Source: a bacterium (GTDB lineage Bacteria; UBA8248). Taken from it: a stretch of DNA of 64,000 bases. Below are positions 1 through 10,324 of this stretch, piece by piece. The notes under the pieces were generated by a model, which did no database searches, was not told the origin of the DNA, and saw only the letters and a program-made list of their open reading frames with translations. The translations under genes were made by a program, and so were the position numbers. Within the stretch, counting starts at the first letter, position 1, and the number at the start of each line of letters is the position of its first letter. Where the stretch lies: positions 3,648,001 through 3,712,000 of the forward strand of contig OZ241875.1 of the NCBI GenBank assembly GCA_965203325.1, in the 5' to 3' direction.

Positions 1-1
1 C

Positions 2-52
2 CATCCTTCGCGGAGCAAGAAGCTCAAGAGTTTCATCGAAGAGGAAGTTTGA
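2..52 (+). CDS. rpoD: RNA polymerase primary sigma factor, C-terminal fragment (gene starts before the window)
   Basis: Frame 2 reads HPSRSKKLKSFIEEEV*, matching the HPSRS..L.SF tail of sigma70 region 4; followed by tRNA, zinc-ribbon, rnhA and rnpB. Confidence 0.85.
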   Translation, partial: HPSRSKKLKSFIEEEV

Positions 53-178
53 GGCGCAAACTCCGCGCGATTGACATTGAACGCGCGCGGGGCCATATAT
101 GCACAGCGAACGGGCGGCGCCCGAGGCGGAGGACGCACCGGTTTACCGATGCGCACTCTTGACGGTCGCGTTGCTATC

Positions 179-253
179 GGGCCCATAGCTCAGCGGTAGA
201 GCCGCCGGCTCATAACCGGCTGGTCCTTGGTTCGAATCCAGGTGGGCCCACCA
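179..253 (+). tRNA. tRNA with CAT anticodon, most likely tRNA-Ile2 (lysidine)
   Basis: Acceptor GGGCCCA/TGGGCCC, discriminator A and CCA; anticodon arm GCCGG-CTCATAA-CCGGC; T-loop TTCGAAT; lacks initiator features. Confidence 0.9.
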
Positions 254-298
254 CACGATTTCTGGTCGATAATCGAACGATGCGAGGAGTATGACCTA

Positions 299-1048
299 GT
301 GCACCCGGAATTGGCGGCCTTGATGGAGCTTCAGGCGATTGACGTCAAGATGGATCAATGCCGCGGTGCGATTTCGAAAATTCCCGCCTCGGTCGAAAAG
401 GAAAAGCGGTATCTGGCGGGCTTCGAGTCTTCCGTCGAGGAACTCGAGGGGGAAGTGGAAGCCGCCAGGAAGAAACTGCGTGAAGCGGAGGGCGAAATCC
501 AGTCTTTCGATCAGAAACTTAGAGACACCCGCGGCAAGCAGACGCTCGTCAAGACGAACGAGGAATACCGCGCCCTGGGCGCTGAGATTGAAGGGTATCA
601 GAACCGGATCAACGCTTTAGAGGATGTCGTTCTCGAGATCATGGATAGTATGCCGGCGCACGAGGAGAAGCTCGCAGGTGCGCGCGGGGAGTTGGAGGCG
701 GCACGGGGCAAGGTGCAGGGCGAAGTGAAGAAGTACGAGAACCATCGGGCGGATTTCGAGCGTGAACTGGGTGAACTCCTCGACAAGTCGAAGACCCTCG
801 CAGGCGGCGTGAGCGAGGAGTGGATGAAGCGCTATAAAGGCTTGAGAAAATCCCGGAAAGGGCTCGCCGTTTGTGCCATCGTCAATCGCACCTGCCAGGG
901 TTGCCGCACGGCGGAGACCATCAAGCGCTTTCTGGAGATCAGGGATTCGGAAGACAGGATTTACACGTGTTCGAACTGCAAGCGCATCCTCTTCTACCAG
1001 GAGGGTGAGACCGCGGAGTTGAGTCTGCCGGCGGTGGACCCTGAATGA
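299..1048 (+). CDS. Coiled-coil protein with C-terminal C4 zinc ribbon (HP0958/CT398-like)
   Basis: Long heptad region with KTNEEYRAL, then CQGC...CSNC; GTG at 299 after GAGGAG (the ORF-track start at 227 overlaps the tRNA). Confidence 0.85.
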   Translation: MHPELAALMELQAIDVKMDQCRGAISKIPASVEKEKRYLAGFESSVEELEGEVEAARKKLREAEGEIQSFDQKLRDTRGKQTLVKTNEEYRALGAEIEGYQNRINALEDVVLEIMDSMPAHEEKLAGARGELEAARGKVQGEVKKYENHRADFERELGELLDKSKTLAGGVSEEWMKRYKGLRKSRKGLAVCAIVNRTCQGCRTAETIKRFLEIRDSEDRIYTCSNCKRILFYQEGETAELSLPAVDPE

Positions 1049-1458
1049 GAGCGGGCCACCTTAGGATTCACACCGACGGCGCGGCAAGAGGGAATCCGGG
1101 TCCTGCGGGCGCCGCCGCCTTGTTGTACGACGATGCGGGCAATTGCGTGGCGGAGGAGACGAAGTATCTCGGCACGGCGACGAACAACGTAGCGGAATAC
1201 CAGGCGTTCTTGCTGGGCCTTGAGCGCGCGGTGCAACTCGGCGCCCGTAGCGTGGAAGTCGTTACGGACTCCGAACTCATGGCTCGCCAGTGGAGCGGTG
1301 AGTACCGGGTCAGGAACAAGGTGCTCAAGCCCTTGTATGAGCGGGCGAAGGCGGCGGCGGGGAAATTCGGCTCGGTCGAGGTGCGCCATGTGCGCCGCGG
1401 CGAAAACACGGCGGCCGACGCCGCCGCCAATCGCGCCATCGACGGCGGGATGGGTTGA
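1045..1458 (+). CDS. rnhA: Ribonuclease HI family protein
   Basis: TDGAARGNPGPAG, TNNVAEY, TDSELM, HVRR..N..AD motifs. Confidence 0.9.
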   Translation: MRAGHLRIHTDGAARGNPGPAGAAALLYDDAGNCVAEETKYLGTATNNVAEYQAFLLGLERAVQLGARSVEVVTDSELMARQWSGEYRVRNKVLKPLYERAKAAAGKFGSVEVRHVRRGENTAADAAANRAIDGGMG

Positions 1459-1531
1459 GGAGGCGCATGCGCGCACGTCGCTTGCCGGCCGCCGGTTGTG
1501 CAGGCGATGGCGCTGGCGTATGAAATATCTA

Positions 1532-1895
<364 letters not shown>

Positions 1896-2049
1896 TTGAG
1901 ATGTTCAGGTGCGCGCTCCGCTGACCGTGAAAACGCCCGCCTCGCGATTCCCGATGCACGGACAGGGGTTGGCCGTTCGGATACGGACGAGCGTCGAGGC
2001 GGCAAGGGGCGCGCTTTTCTTCTCGAACGACAAAGGAACATAAGGACGC

Positions 2050-3294
2050 ATGGAATCCCAGGTATCACCGAAAGCACTGGAGCCATCACTCATCGCCGCC
2101 GAGGCGGCTCGGGCGGCGGAGGCGATATCCCCTCATCTGAGGCCGACCCCCGCCCGACTCAGCGAGCATTTCTCCGAGCAGTTGGGTGTCGAGGTGTATC
2201 TCAAGCCGGAGAATTTCCAGCGCACGGGCTCGTTCAAGGTGCGCGGCGCTCTCTACGCATTGCAAAAACTGGAACCCGCGCAACTCCAGTGGGGCGTCGT
2301 CACCGCGAGCGCAGGGAACCACGCCCAAGGCGTGGCCTTCGCAGCGAAGCAGTTGGGCGTAAGAGCGCTCGTGGTGATGCCCGAAGCCACGCCGAACACC
2401 AAGCTCGACGCCGTGCGCGCCCTGGGCGCAGAGACGGAGTTGTATGGCGCATCGTTCGATGACGCCTATGCGCGCGCGCGATCCTACGAGGAAGACCGCG
2501 GCCTCACGATGCTCCCGCCTTTCGATCACCCCGACGTCATCGCGGGCCAGGGCACGCTGGGCATCGAGATACTCGAAGAGGTGCCCGACGTGGGCACCAT
2601 CCTTGTCCCCGCCGGAGGCGGCGGACTCATCTCGGGTCTCGCCGCGGTGGTGAAAACCAGAAAACCGAACGTGCGCCTCATCGGCGTTGTGGCGGAGGGC
2701 GCCGCGGCGCTCATGCGCTCGCTCGACGCGGGAAGAATCGTCGAGTCGAAAACGGTCCAGACGATTGCGGACGGCATCGCCGTCAAGAGAAACGGAGAGC
2801 TTTGCTTTCCCCTGATTCAGGACCTGGTGGATCAGGTGGTCTCGGTTTCGGACGATGCGATGGCCAACGCCATTCTGGGCCTCCTGGAGCGCGAGCGGAT
2901 GCTGAGCGAGGCGGCGGGGGCCTCCTCCCTGGCGGCGCTCATCGAGAGAAAAACCAGGGTGAACGGCAAGGTGGTCGCCCTGATCAGCGGCGGGAATCTC
3001 GACGTCAACCTTCTCTCGCGCATCATCGGCAAGGGGCTGGCCCTCGCGAACCGCTACGCGCGGATACAGGTGCCGCTGCACGACGTGCCCGGCGCGCTGA
3101 TGCGTCTTTCGCAAATCGTGGCCGATTGCCGGGTGAACATCATCCACATCGAACACGACAGGCTTTCGACGGAAGTGCCCATCAACCATACCCTCTCGAC
3201 CCTCCACATGGAGGTGCGCGGGCGCGAGCATCTCGAAGAGTTGATACAGATCCTGCTCCAGGAAGGATACGAAGTGCGCCGGGAGGAAGCATAG
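2050..3294 (+). CDS. ilvA: Threonine ammonia-lyase with C-terminal ACT domain
   Basis: ENFQRTGSFKVRGA (PLP Lys), SAGNHAQG, GGGGL, SGGN, DVPGAL ACT domain. Confidence 0.92.
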   Translation: MESQVSPKALEPSLIAAEAARAAEAISPHLRPTPARLSEHFSEQLGVEVYLKPENFQRTGSFKVRGALYALQKLEPAQLQWGVVTASAGNHAQGVAFAAKQLGVRALVVMPEATPNTKLDAVRALGAETELYGASFDDAYARARSYEEDRGLTMLPPFDHPDVIAGQGTLGIEILEEVPDVGTILVPAGGGGLISGLAAVVKTRKPNVRLIGVVAEGAAALMRSLDAGRIVESKTVQTIADGIAVKRNGELCFPLIQDLVDQVVSVSDDAMANAILGLLERERMLSEAAGASSLAALIERKTRVNGKVVALISGGNLDVNLLSRIIGKGLALANRYARIQVPLHDVPGALMRLSQIVADCRVNIIHIEHDRLSTEVPINHTLSTLHMEVRGREHLEELIQILLQEGYEVRREEA

Positions 3295-3297
3295 TTC

Positions 3298-4839
3298 ATG
3301 AGCGAGAAGCGCCGCGCCATCATCAGCGTGAGCGACAAGAGAGGCGCCGCCGAACTCGGCGCCGCCCTGGCCGACGCGGGATGGGAGGTGCTCTCCACCG
3401 GCGGCACGGCCGGGTCGCTGCGCGATGCGGGCGTCCCCGTGCGGGAGGTTTCCGATTATACGGGTCAGCCCGAAATCATGGGCGGACGCGTCAAGACGCT
3501 TCATCCCAAGGTGCTGGGCGGCATCCTCGCGCTCCTGCCCGATCAGGAAGAGGAGATGCGGGCGAACGACATCGCGCCCATCGACCTGGTGGCGGTGAAC
3601 CTCTATCCCTTCCGGGAGACCGTCGCCGAGCCCGGCGTCACGCGGGAGGAGGCGATCGAGCAGATCGACATCGGCGGCCCCACCATGGTGCGCGCGGCTT
3701 CCAAGAACCATGGCCGCGTGGCCGTGCTCGTCGATCCGGACGATTACCCCGACGCCATCGCCCACGTCCGAAACGGCGGAGATTTCCCGCCCGATTGGCT
3801 GGCGGACCTGGCCCTGAAGGCGTTTCGCCACACCGCGAGTTATGACGCCGCCATATCCGGCTATCTGGGCGCCGGTGGTGAGGACCCGCTTCCCGAACGG
3901 ATCGAGATGAATCTCGACCGCGTTCAAACGCTTCGCTACGGGGAGAACCCCCACCAGAAGGGCGCGCTCTATCGCCTGGGTGGTTCGGGCGGTTTTTCTC
4001 TCTGCGATGCCGAGATTCTGGGCGGCAAGGAACTCTCCTTCAATAATCTGCTCGACGCCGCCGCCGCCGCCGAACTCGCGCACGATCTGGAAGGCGTGGG
4101 CTGCGCCATCATCAAGCACACCAACCCGTGCGGCGTGGGCCTGGGCGATACCCAGGCGGCCGCATACGAGCGTGCGCTCGCGTGCGACCCGCTTTCGGCC
4201 TTCGGCAGCGTCATTGGCTATAACCGCAAGGTCGATGCGCAGACGGCCGAGGCCATGCGGAAACTCTTCGTCGAGGCTGTGGTCGCCCCCGATTTCGACG
4301 ATGAGGCCCTCGCCGTCATGCGGAAGAAGAAAAATCTCAGGATCCTGCGCCTTGACGGCCTGGGGGGCGAATCCGCGCCTGCCGGCATGGACATGCGCTC
4401 GATACCCGGCGGCGTCCTCTTACAGGAGCGCGACCGGTTGTCGGAGGAGGAGTTTCGTTGGGAGGTCGTCACCCCCCGCGCGCCCTCGGCGGATGAGGAA
4501 AAGGCGCTCAGGATCGCCTGGTGCGTGGCGCGCCACGTGAAGAGTAACGCCATCGTCATGGCCGATAAGGACGGCACGGTGGGCGTGGGCGCGGGCCAGA
4601 TGAGCCGGGTGGACTCCACCCGCCTGGCGGCGGAGCGCGCCGTCTTGCCCCTCGCGGGCTGCGCCCTGGGGTCGGACGCCTTCTTCCCGTTCCGCGACGG
4701 AATCGACGCCGCGGCTTCCCACGGCGTGAAGGCGATAGCCCAGCCGGGCGGCTCGATGCGCGACGAAGAGGTCATCGAGGCGGCGGCCGAGCACGACATC
4801 GCCATGGTCTTCACGGGCAGACGCCACTTCAGACATTGA
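3298..4839 (+). CDS. purH: Bifunctional AICAR transformylase/IMP cyclohydrolase
   Basis: STGGT, GRVKTLHP, IDIGGP, LRYGENPHQ, KHTNPCG, SDAFFPF, RHFRH. Confidence 0.97.
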   Translation: MSEKRRAIISVSDKRGAAELGAALADAGWEVLSTGGTAGSLRDAGVPVREVSDYTGQPEIMGGRVKTLHPKVLGGILALLPDQEEEMRANDIAPIDLVAVNLYPFRETVAEPGVTREEAIEQIDIGGPTMVRAASKNHGRVAVLVDPDDYPDAIAHVRNGGDFPPDWLADLALKAFRHTASYDAAISGYLGAGGEDPLPERIEMNLDRVQTLRYGENPHQKGALYRLGGSGGFSLCDAEILGGKELSFNNLLDAAAAAELAHDLEGVGCAIIKHTNPCGVGLGDTQAAAYERALACDPLSAFGSVIGYNRKVDAQTAEAMRKLFVEAVVAPDFDDEALAVMRKKKNLRILRLDGLGGESAPAGMDMRSIPGGVLLQERDRLSEEEFRWEVVTPRAPSADEEKALRIAWCVARHVKSNAIVMADKDGTVGVGAGQMSRVDSTRLAAERAVLPLAGCALGSDAFFPFRDGIDAAASHGVKAIAQPGGSMRDEEVIEAAAEHDIAMVFTGRRHFRH

Positions 4840-4840
4840 G

Positions 4841-6274
4841 ATGCCCCAAAATATCCTCGTCCCTCCCGCTCTGGAAGATTCCCTCGCGCCCATCGAGACG
4901 CTGCGGCGCGTGGAGGTTTTTTTAAGCGCCCTGGCCGCGCTGCCCAAGAAATCCTGGCGCACGCGGTTTGACCAACGCGGCATCAAGATAGAAGGGCCGG
5001 GCCTCACCCGAGCCGCGCGCTTGTATGAAATCCTTGAAGTCCCTGTGGCGGGGCAGTCGGTCGTCCACGTCGTGGGAACGAGCGGCAAAGGCTCCACCGC
5101 GCTGATGCTGGCGCAGTCCCTTTTGGCGTCGGGCAAGAGAACGGCGGCATTTTTCTCCCCACACCTCACCTCCATCATCGAGCGTTTCTGGGTTCGGGGC
5201 CGCTTCGCCGAAGCCGGCCTCATCGGGCGGTGCGCGAAAGAACTCGCCGAAGCCGCCGCGCAGATGGCGGGAGAGCCCGAGTTCGGGCCGCCCTCGTTTT
5301 TCGAGTCGACGCTCGCGCTCTTGCTTCTGATGGCCAGGGAGGAAGATTGTGAATACCTCGTCCTGGAAGCCGGCCTTGGCGGTGCGTTCGACGCTACGAA
5401 CGCCGTGCGGCCCGCCGTCCTCGACGTAATCACCTCGATTGGACTGGACCACACCGACCTGCTCGGCGATTCCATCGCGCAGATTGCGCGGGACAAGGCC
5501 GGCATCATCACGGAGAGAGGCCGCGTCATCTCACAAATCGTCTCGCCCGATGCGCGCGCGGAAATCGAGCGCGCCGCCTTAGAGCGCGAAGCCGGCTTGT
5601 GTTCTCCGCCCCGCGCCGGGAACCTGGATTTGCGCCCCGACGGCGCTTTTTTCGATCTGGGGTTCGATGACGGCGTTCGGTGGGAGGGTTTCTCGACCCC
5701 CATGCCCGGCGCACACCAGGCCGAAAACGCGAGCCTCGCCGCCGGAGCGGGCCGGCTCCTCGGGCTGGGTGAGCAGGAGGTGCGGTGGGGCGTCGCCTCG
5801 GCGCGGCTCCCGTGCCGTATGGAGTTGGTCCAGTCCGGCCCGCTGGTAGTGCTCGACGGCGCGCACAACCGCGATAAGGCGCAGGCGCTGGTGGAGTGCA
5901 TCTCCGATTGGGCGTTCGAGCGGCTCATCTTCGTTATCGGGGCGGTGAACGACAAGGACTTCGCCGGGATGGCGGAGGCGTTCGCGGCTGTTGGCGACAG
6001 GTTCTTCGTCACGCTCCCTCCGGCGAGCGCGCCCAGACCCGGCCTCTCGCCCGATGTTTTCGCGCGCGCGCTCGAAGAGGCGGGTGTCGAACGCGTGGAG
6101 ACGCGCATCGACGCATGGAGGGCGCTCGACCAAGCGCTCGGGGAAGCGGGGGAGTACGACCTCGTCATCGTCACGGGGTCGATGTTCCTGGCCGGAGAAC
6201 TCAGGCGACGCTGGGTGAGCGAGGAGCGCATCGTGGAGAGCGGCAGCGCGTTTCCTCCCGAGGCGCTCCTGTGA
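4841..6274 (+). CDS. folC: Dihydrofolate/folylpolyglutamate synthase
   Basis: HVVGTSGKGST, FSPHL, EAGLGG.FDATN, DHT.LLG, LDGAHN, TGSMFL. Confidence 0.9.
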   Translation: MPQNILVPPALEDSLAPIETLRRVEVFLSALAALPKKSWRTRFDQRGIKIEGPGLTRAARLYEILEVPVAGQSVVHVVGTSGKGSTALMLAQSLLASGKRTAAFFSPHLTSIIERFWVRGRFAEAGLIGRCAKELAEAAAQMAGEPEFGPPSFFESTLALLLLMAREEDCEYLVLEAGLGGAFDATNAVRPAVLDVITSIGLDHTDLLGDSIAQIARDKAGIITERGRVISQIVSPDARAEIERAALEREAGLCSPPRAGNLDLRPDGAFFDLGFDDGVRWEGFSTPMPGAHQAENASLAAGAGRLLGLGEQEVRWGVASARLPCRMELVQSGPLVVLDGAHNRDKAQALVECISDWAFERLIFVIGAVNDKDFAGMAEAFAAVGDRFFVTLPPASAPRPGLSPDVFARALEEAGVERVETRIDAWRALDQALGEAGEYDLVIVTGSMFLAGELRRRWVSEERIVESGSAFPPEALL

Positions 6275-7164
6275 TGGATGGCCTGCGTTTCGAACCTGCG
6301 AAGTGGACTCCTGCGCCCGCCGTAAATTGCCGCGGTCGGGCGCTTGGTTTCGAGCGGGTGCGGATCATGGGCGTCTTGAACGCCACGCCGGACAGCTTTT
6401 CCGACGGCGGAGCCTTTTTCGACCTCGAGGCGGCGCTCGATCAGATCGCGCGGATGACGGAAGAGGGAGCCGACATCATCGACATCGGCGGCGAGAGCAC
6501 CCGACCCGGCTCACAAGGTGTTGGCGAGGCGGAGGAAATCCGGCGGGTCATCCCGATTCTGGAACGCATGAACATGAATGAGGGGCCCCTCGTCTCGGTC
6601 GATACCTCGAAGGTCGGCGTGGCGCGGGCGGCACTCGAGGCGGGGGTTCACATCGTAAACGACGTCACGGGCCTTCGTGATCCCGGGATGCGTGCGGTGA
6701 TCGCGAAGTCGGGCGCCGCGGCCGTCGCCATGCACATGAGGGGCGAGCCGCGCACGATGCAGGAGAATCCCGAATACGAGGACCTCATGGGCGAGTTGTC
6801 GCGCTACCTGCGAGAAAGCGCGCGTCAGGCCGAGCGGGACGGCATACGCTCGGTTCTCATCGACCCCGGCGTCGGCTTCGGAAAATCGTGGGATCATAAC
6901 CTCGAGATATTGAGGCGGATGGGTGAGTTGAGAGAATTGGGCTGGCCCCTTATCGTCGGCGTTTCGAGAAAAAGTTTCATCGGAGCGATCACGGGCGTCG
7001 TAGCGGCGGGGGAGCGGTTGATCGGCTCGAAAGTCGCCGAGGCCTTCGCCGTCGCCGGCGGGGCGGACGTGATACGCACCCACGACGTGGGGGCGGCCGT
7101 CGAGGCGGTGCGCATGGGCGAGGCGGTTCGCCGGGGAAGCGTTGCGACGGACGATTCGTCATGA
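6274..7164 (+). CDS. folP: Dihydropteroate synthase
   Basis: MGVLNATPDSFSDGG, DIGGESTRPG, DPGVGFGK, GVSRKS, RTHDV; start overlaps the folC stop. Confidence 0.95.
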   Translation: MDGLRFEPAKWTPAPAVNCRGRALGFERVRIMGVLNATPDSFSDGGAFFDLEAALDQIARMTEEGADIIDIGGESTRPGSQGVGEAEEIRRVIPILERMNMNEGPLVSVDTSKVGVARAALEAGVHIVNDVTGLRDPGMRAVIAKSGAAAVAMHMRGEPRTMQENPEYEDLMGELSRYLRESARQAERDGIRSVLIDPGVGFGKSWDHNLEILRRMGELRELGWPLIVGVSRKSFIGAITGVVAAGERLIGSKVAEAFAVAGGADVIRTHDVGAAVEAVRMGEAVRRGSVATDDSS

Positions 7165-7247
7165 CGCCTATTTGCTCAGACCCCGAATGCGTCGGTTTTG
7201 ATTATTTTGTCCTCATATATTCGTCATAAGGGAAGACCAGCGCCTTG

Positions 7248-8105
7248 ATGGAATACATTTTCGAGTTCTGGTGGATGCTGCCCATTGCGTTTTGCGTGTG
7301 CCTCACGGCGACGAGCACGAGCGTGGAGGGCGCGGTATTCTTCGCGCCCATTTTCATACTCCTCTTTCCATGGGCGGCGGGCGTGACCATCGTCCCGCTC
7401 GAAGCCGTTTTTTTGGCGCTTTCCATCGAGATTTTCGGCTTCGGCAGCGCGCTCACCGGCTACATGAGGAGAAAGCTGGTGGATTACGACATCGCCAAGA
7501 AGGTGCTCGTCGTCTCCATCCCCGTGGGCATGGCGTTCGGGTTCCTGGCCCATTCGGTGCCCGCGAGGCTCATCCTGGGCCTTCTGGGCGGGATGATGGT
7601 GCTGCTCTCCGCCGCGATGCTCTTCGCTTATTTTCAGGGCGGAATCCAGGAAGCGGAGCAGGCAGAGGAAACCGGAAAACCCACCCGCACGGACGCGGCG
7701 GGCAGGAGGTACTGGTATCGCTACGAGCACGGGGCTTTCGGCCATGGCTGGTCGGCCCTGGGGGGAATTCTCGTGGGATTTACGGGCATCGGCATCGGCG
7801 AGCTTACGACCACCGCCCTGATCGTGAAGGACAGACTGCCCGTCCGCGTGGCCGTCGGTACGGGGATTCTCATCGTATTCGCCACGGTGCTGCCCGCCAC
7901 CCTGGTGCATGCCTACGTGTTCTCATCCGGAGAAGTGAACGTGCACTGGAACATCCTGTTCATGACGATCCCCGCGGTCGCCTGCGGGGGTCAGATATCG
8001 CCTTTCATCAACAACCGCGTCGACGGCGAGAAGATGAAGGTGTTCCTCTCCTTCGTCTTCATCTTCGTGGGCGTGTTGCTTCTCTGGCGCTCCCTGGGCG
8101 GCTAG
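7248..8105 (+). CDS. TauE/SafE (TSUP) family membrane protein
   Basis: About 8 hydrophobic segments in two repeated halves, with GFTGIGIGE and AVGTG motifs. Confidence 0.7.
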   Translation: MEYIFEFWWMLPIAFCVCLTATSTSVEGAVFFAPIFILLFPWAAGVTIVPLEAVFLALSIEIFGFGSALTGYMRRKLVDYDIAKKVLVVSIPVGMAFGFLAHSVPARLILGLLGGMMVLLSAAMLFAYFQGGIQEAEQAEETGKPTRTDAAGRRYWYRYEHGAFGHGWSALGGILVGFTGIGIGELTTTALIVKDRLPVRVAVGTGILIVFATVLPATLVHAYVFSSGEVNVHWNILFMTIPAVACGGQISPFINNRVDGEKMKVFLSFVFIFVGVLLLWRSLGG

Positions 8106-8114
8106 GCGCGACCC

Positions 8115-9113
8115 TTGGCCGAGAATACCCGACCCGTCGTCGTCGCTGGCCCCGGTGCGGTGGGAACCATGCTTGCCGCGCATCTGCAAAGAAACCTCCC
8201 CGAGGGCCGGGTTTATCTGGCCGGCTCCGCAAACCCGAGCCCTGAAACCTCCGCGCATCTGGATGAAATAGAGAGCGGCGGCGTCCAGGTCCACGGCGAG
8301 GCGGTCTATACGGCCCGCCCTCTGGTATGCAAGGGAGCCTTCGACATCACGGCCTCGCATATTTTCTTTACCGTGAAGGCGGGGCGAATCTCAGATGCGG
8401 CGAAAGAATTCTCAGAAATGACGGGGGAGGGGACGATAACGGCCGTTTTCTCGAACGGCCTGGACGTTTGCAGGGATCTCCCGCCCGTATATCGGGAACG
8501 TGGGGTCGTGCGGGGTCTCGTCAATACCGGGGCGGAGATCACGAAGCCGGGGCGCGTGAACCAGTTCGGTGCGCTGGACGTCACCCTGGCCCCCGAGCCT
8601 GAGGCCGCGGACGATGCCTCTCTCGTGAGGCGGTTGGCGGAGTTTTTGGAGCCACTGGGGGTTCGCGTCCGCCGAAAACGCGACGGCAAGGAGGCGGAAT
8701 GGAGGAAGGCGGCCGCCAACGCCGTCATCAATCCCCTGGGCGCCGCGCTTGAGCTCAGAAACGGAGAGTTGCTGGAAACGCCCTCCGCCGTGGTGCTCGT
8801 GGACGCCCTGTCGAAGGAGTTGCAGGCGCTCGTCGACGCGGAGGGAATGACGCTCGACGTTCTCGAGATCGTTCGCGAGACCGCCCGCGCCACGGCCGGC
8901 AACAGAAATTCCATGTGGCAGGATTTGATGCGGGGCCGCCGGAGCGAGATCCGCGAAGTGACGGGGCGCTTCATCGAGCGCGCGGATGCGCGCGGCATCT
9001 TGTTTTCCGCCCATAAATCGCTGTATTATCGGATATTGTCTTTAGAGGAAGGTTCTTCCTCCCGGGATGCGTATGGCGATGAGCGCCTTGACATCGGGGG
9101 AGGGAATTCATAA
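8115..9113 (+). CDS. panE: Ketopantoate reductase
   Basis: GPGAVG Rossmann motif, TVKA, SNGL, WRK..NAVINPL, NSMWQD...R.SE; directly upstream of panB. Confidence 0.85.
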   Translation: MAENTRPVVVAGPGAVGTMLAAHLQRNLPEGRVYLAGSANPSPETSAHLDEIESGGVQVHGEAVYTARPLVCKGAFDITASHIFFTVKAGRISDAAKEFSEMTGEGTITAVFSNGLDVCRDLPPVYRERGVVRGLVNTGAEITKPGRVNQFGALDVTLAPEPEAADDASLVRRLAEFLEPLGVRVRRKRDGKEAEWRKAAANAVINPLGAALELRNGELLETPSAVVLVDALSKELQALVDAEGMTLDVLEIVRETARATAGNRNSMWQDLMRGRRSEIREVTGRFIERADARGILFSAHKSLYYRILSLEEGSSSRDAYGDERLDIGGGNS

Positions 9114-9223
9114 TCATTACAGTACGTGCCGGGAGCCGCCGGCCTCGGACACGTGGACGGGAAAAAACGGAAGCATTTCAAAACTGGCCTTGCAGCAGGC
9201 GTTCACCCAGAGAGGGAGCGACC

Positions 9224-10096
9224 ATGAGCACAAAAAGCCTCGCCAAGCAGCATTCCAACGGTAAAACTTCCATCAACGGAAACGGCGCACCGAAGAAAGC
9301 GCGCAAGAAAGTCACCACCGCCATCATCCGGGCGCGCAAGGGCGGTAAGAAGGTCACCTCCGTCACCGCGTACGACTACCCCACGGCGAAACTCGTGGAC
9401 GGCGCCGACGTGGACGTCATCCTGGTCGGCGACAGCCTGGGGATGGTGGTTCTGGGCTATCCCGACACGACCAAGGTGACGCTCGACGACATGGTGCACC
9501 ACACCCTTGCGGTGAGCCGCGCCAAGCCCAAGGCGCTGCTCGTGGCCGACCTGCCGTTCCTGACCTTCGGCGTCAGCGCGTGCGACACCATCCTGAACGC
9601 GGGCCGTCTCATTCAGGAGGGCTGCGCCGAGGCGGTGAAGCTAGAAGGCGGCGTCCGCGTCAAGGACGAGATACGCGCGGTGGTGGACAGCCAGATTCCC
9701 GTGATGGGGCACGTGGGCCTCACCCCCCAGAGCGTCCATCAGTTCGGCGGCTTCAAGGTGCAGGGCAAGACCGATGAAGGGGCGGATCAGGTGCTGCGCG
9801 ACGCGGTGGCCGTGCAGGAGGGCGGCGCGTTCTCCCTCGTGTTAGAGGGCATACCGGCGGCCCTGGGCGCGCGTGTAACGCGAGAGGTCGACATTCCCAC
9901 CATCGGCATCGGCGCCGGCCCCGATTGCGACGGCCAGGTGCTCGTCACCCACGACATGCTTGGGCTGTTCCGCGACTTCACGCCGAAATTCGTGAAGAGG
10001 TACGCCGATGTCGGGCATCTGACCACGGAGGCGATGGAGCGCTACTGCCGGGAGGTGCGAGAGGGCGCGTTCCCCGCGAAAGAGCATTGTTTCTGA
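9224..10096 (+). CDS. panB: 3-methyl-2-oxobutanoate hydroxymethyltransferase
   Basis: TAYD, LVGDSLGM, VKLEGG, GHVGLTPQ, IGIGAG, DGQVLV. Confidence 0.97.
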   Translation: MSTKSLAKQHSNGKTSINGNGAPKKARKKVTTAIIRARKGGKKVTSVTAYDYPTAKLVDGADVDVILVGDSLGMVVLGYPDTTKVTLDDMVHHTLAVSRAKPKALLVADLPFLTFGVSACDTILNAGRLIQEGCAEAVKLEGGVRVKDEIRAVVDSQIPVMGHVGLTPQSVHQFGGFKVQGKTDEGADQVLRDAVAVQEGGAFSLVLEGIPAALGARVTREVDIPTIGIGAGPDCDGQVLVTHDMLGLFRDFTPKFVKRYADVGHLTTEAMERYCREVREGAFPAKEHCF

Positions 10097-10130
10097 TTTT
10101 CCTCGGCGAGTAGATACGATGCTTTAATCA

Positions 10131-10172
10131 GAGGGCGGACTCCCGAAAGGGGAGTGCCGCCTTCTCTTTTTT
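10131..10172 (+). terminator. Probable intrinsic terminator after panB
   Basis: GGGCGGACTCCC-GAAA-GGGGAGTGCCGCCT hairpin followed by a T-rich tract. Confidence 0.7.
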
Positions 10173-10324
10173 CACCAACCAGAGCTTCTCTCAAGCGATT
10201 CGCAGGCGCTCCTTAAAGTTTTCGGGGGAGGCGGGTTGCGAACCATGAGCGAAACGCGTTTCCTGAACGAACACAGGGGCGGATTGAAAACCCAAGACCC
10301 TGAAAATAGGCAGGCCGGAGAGGG

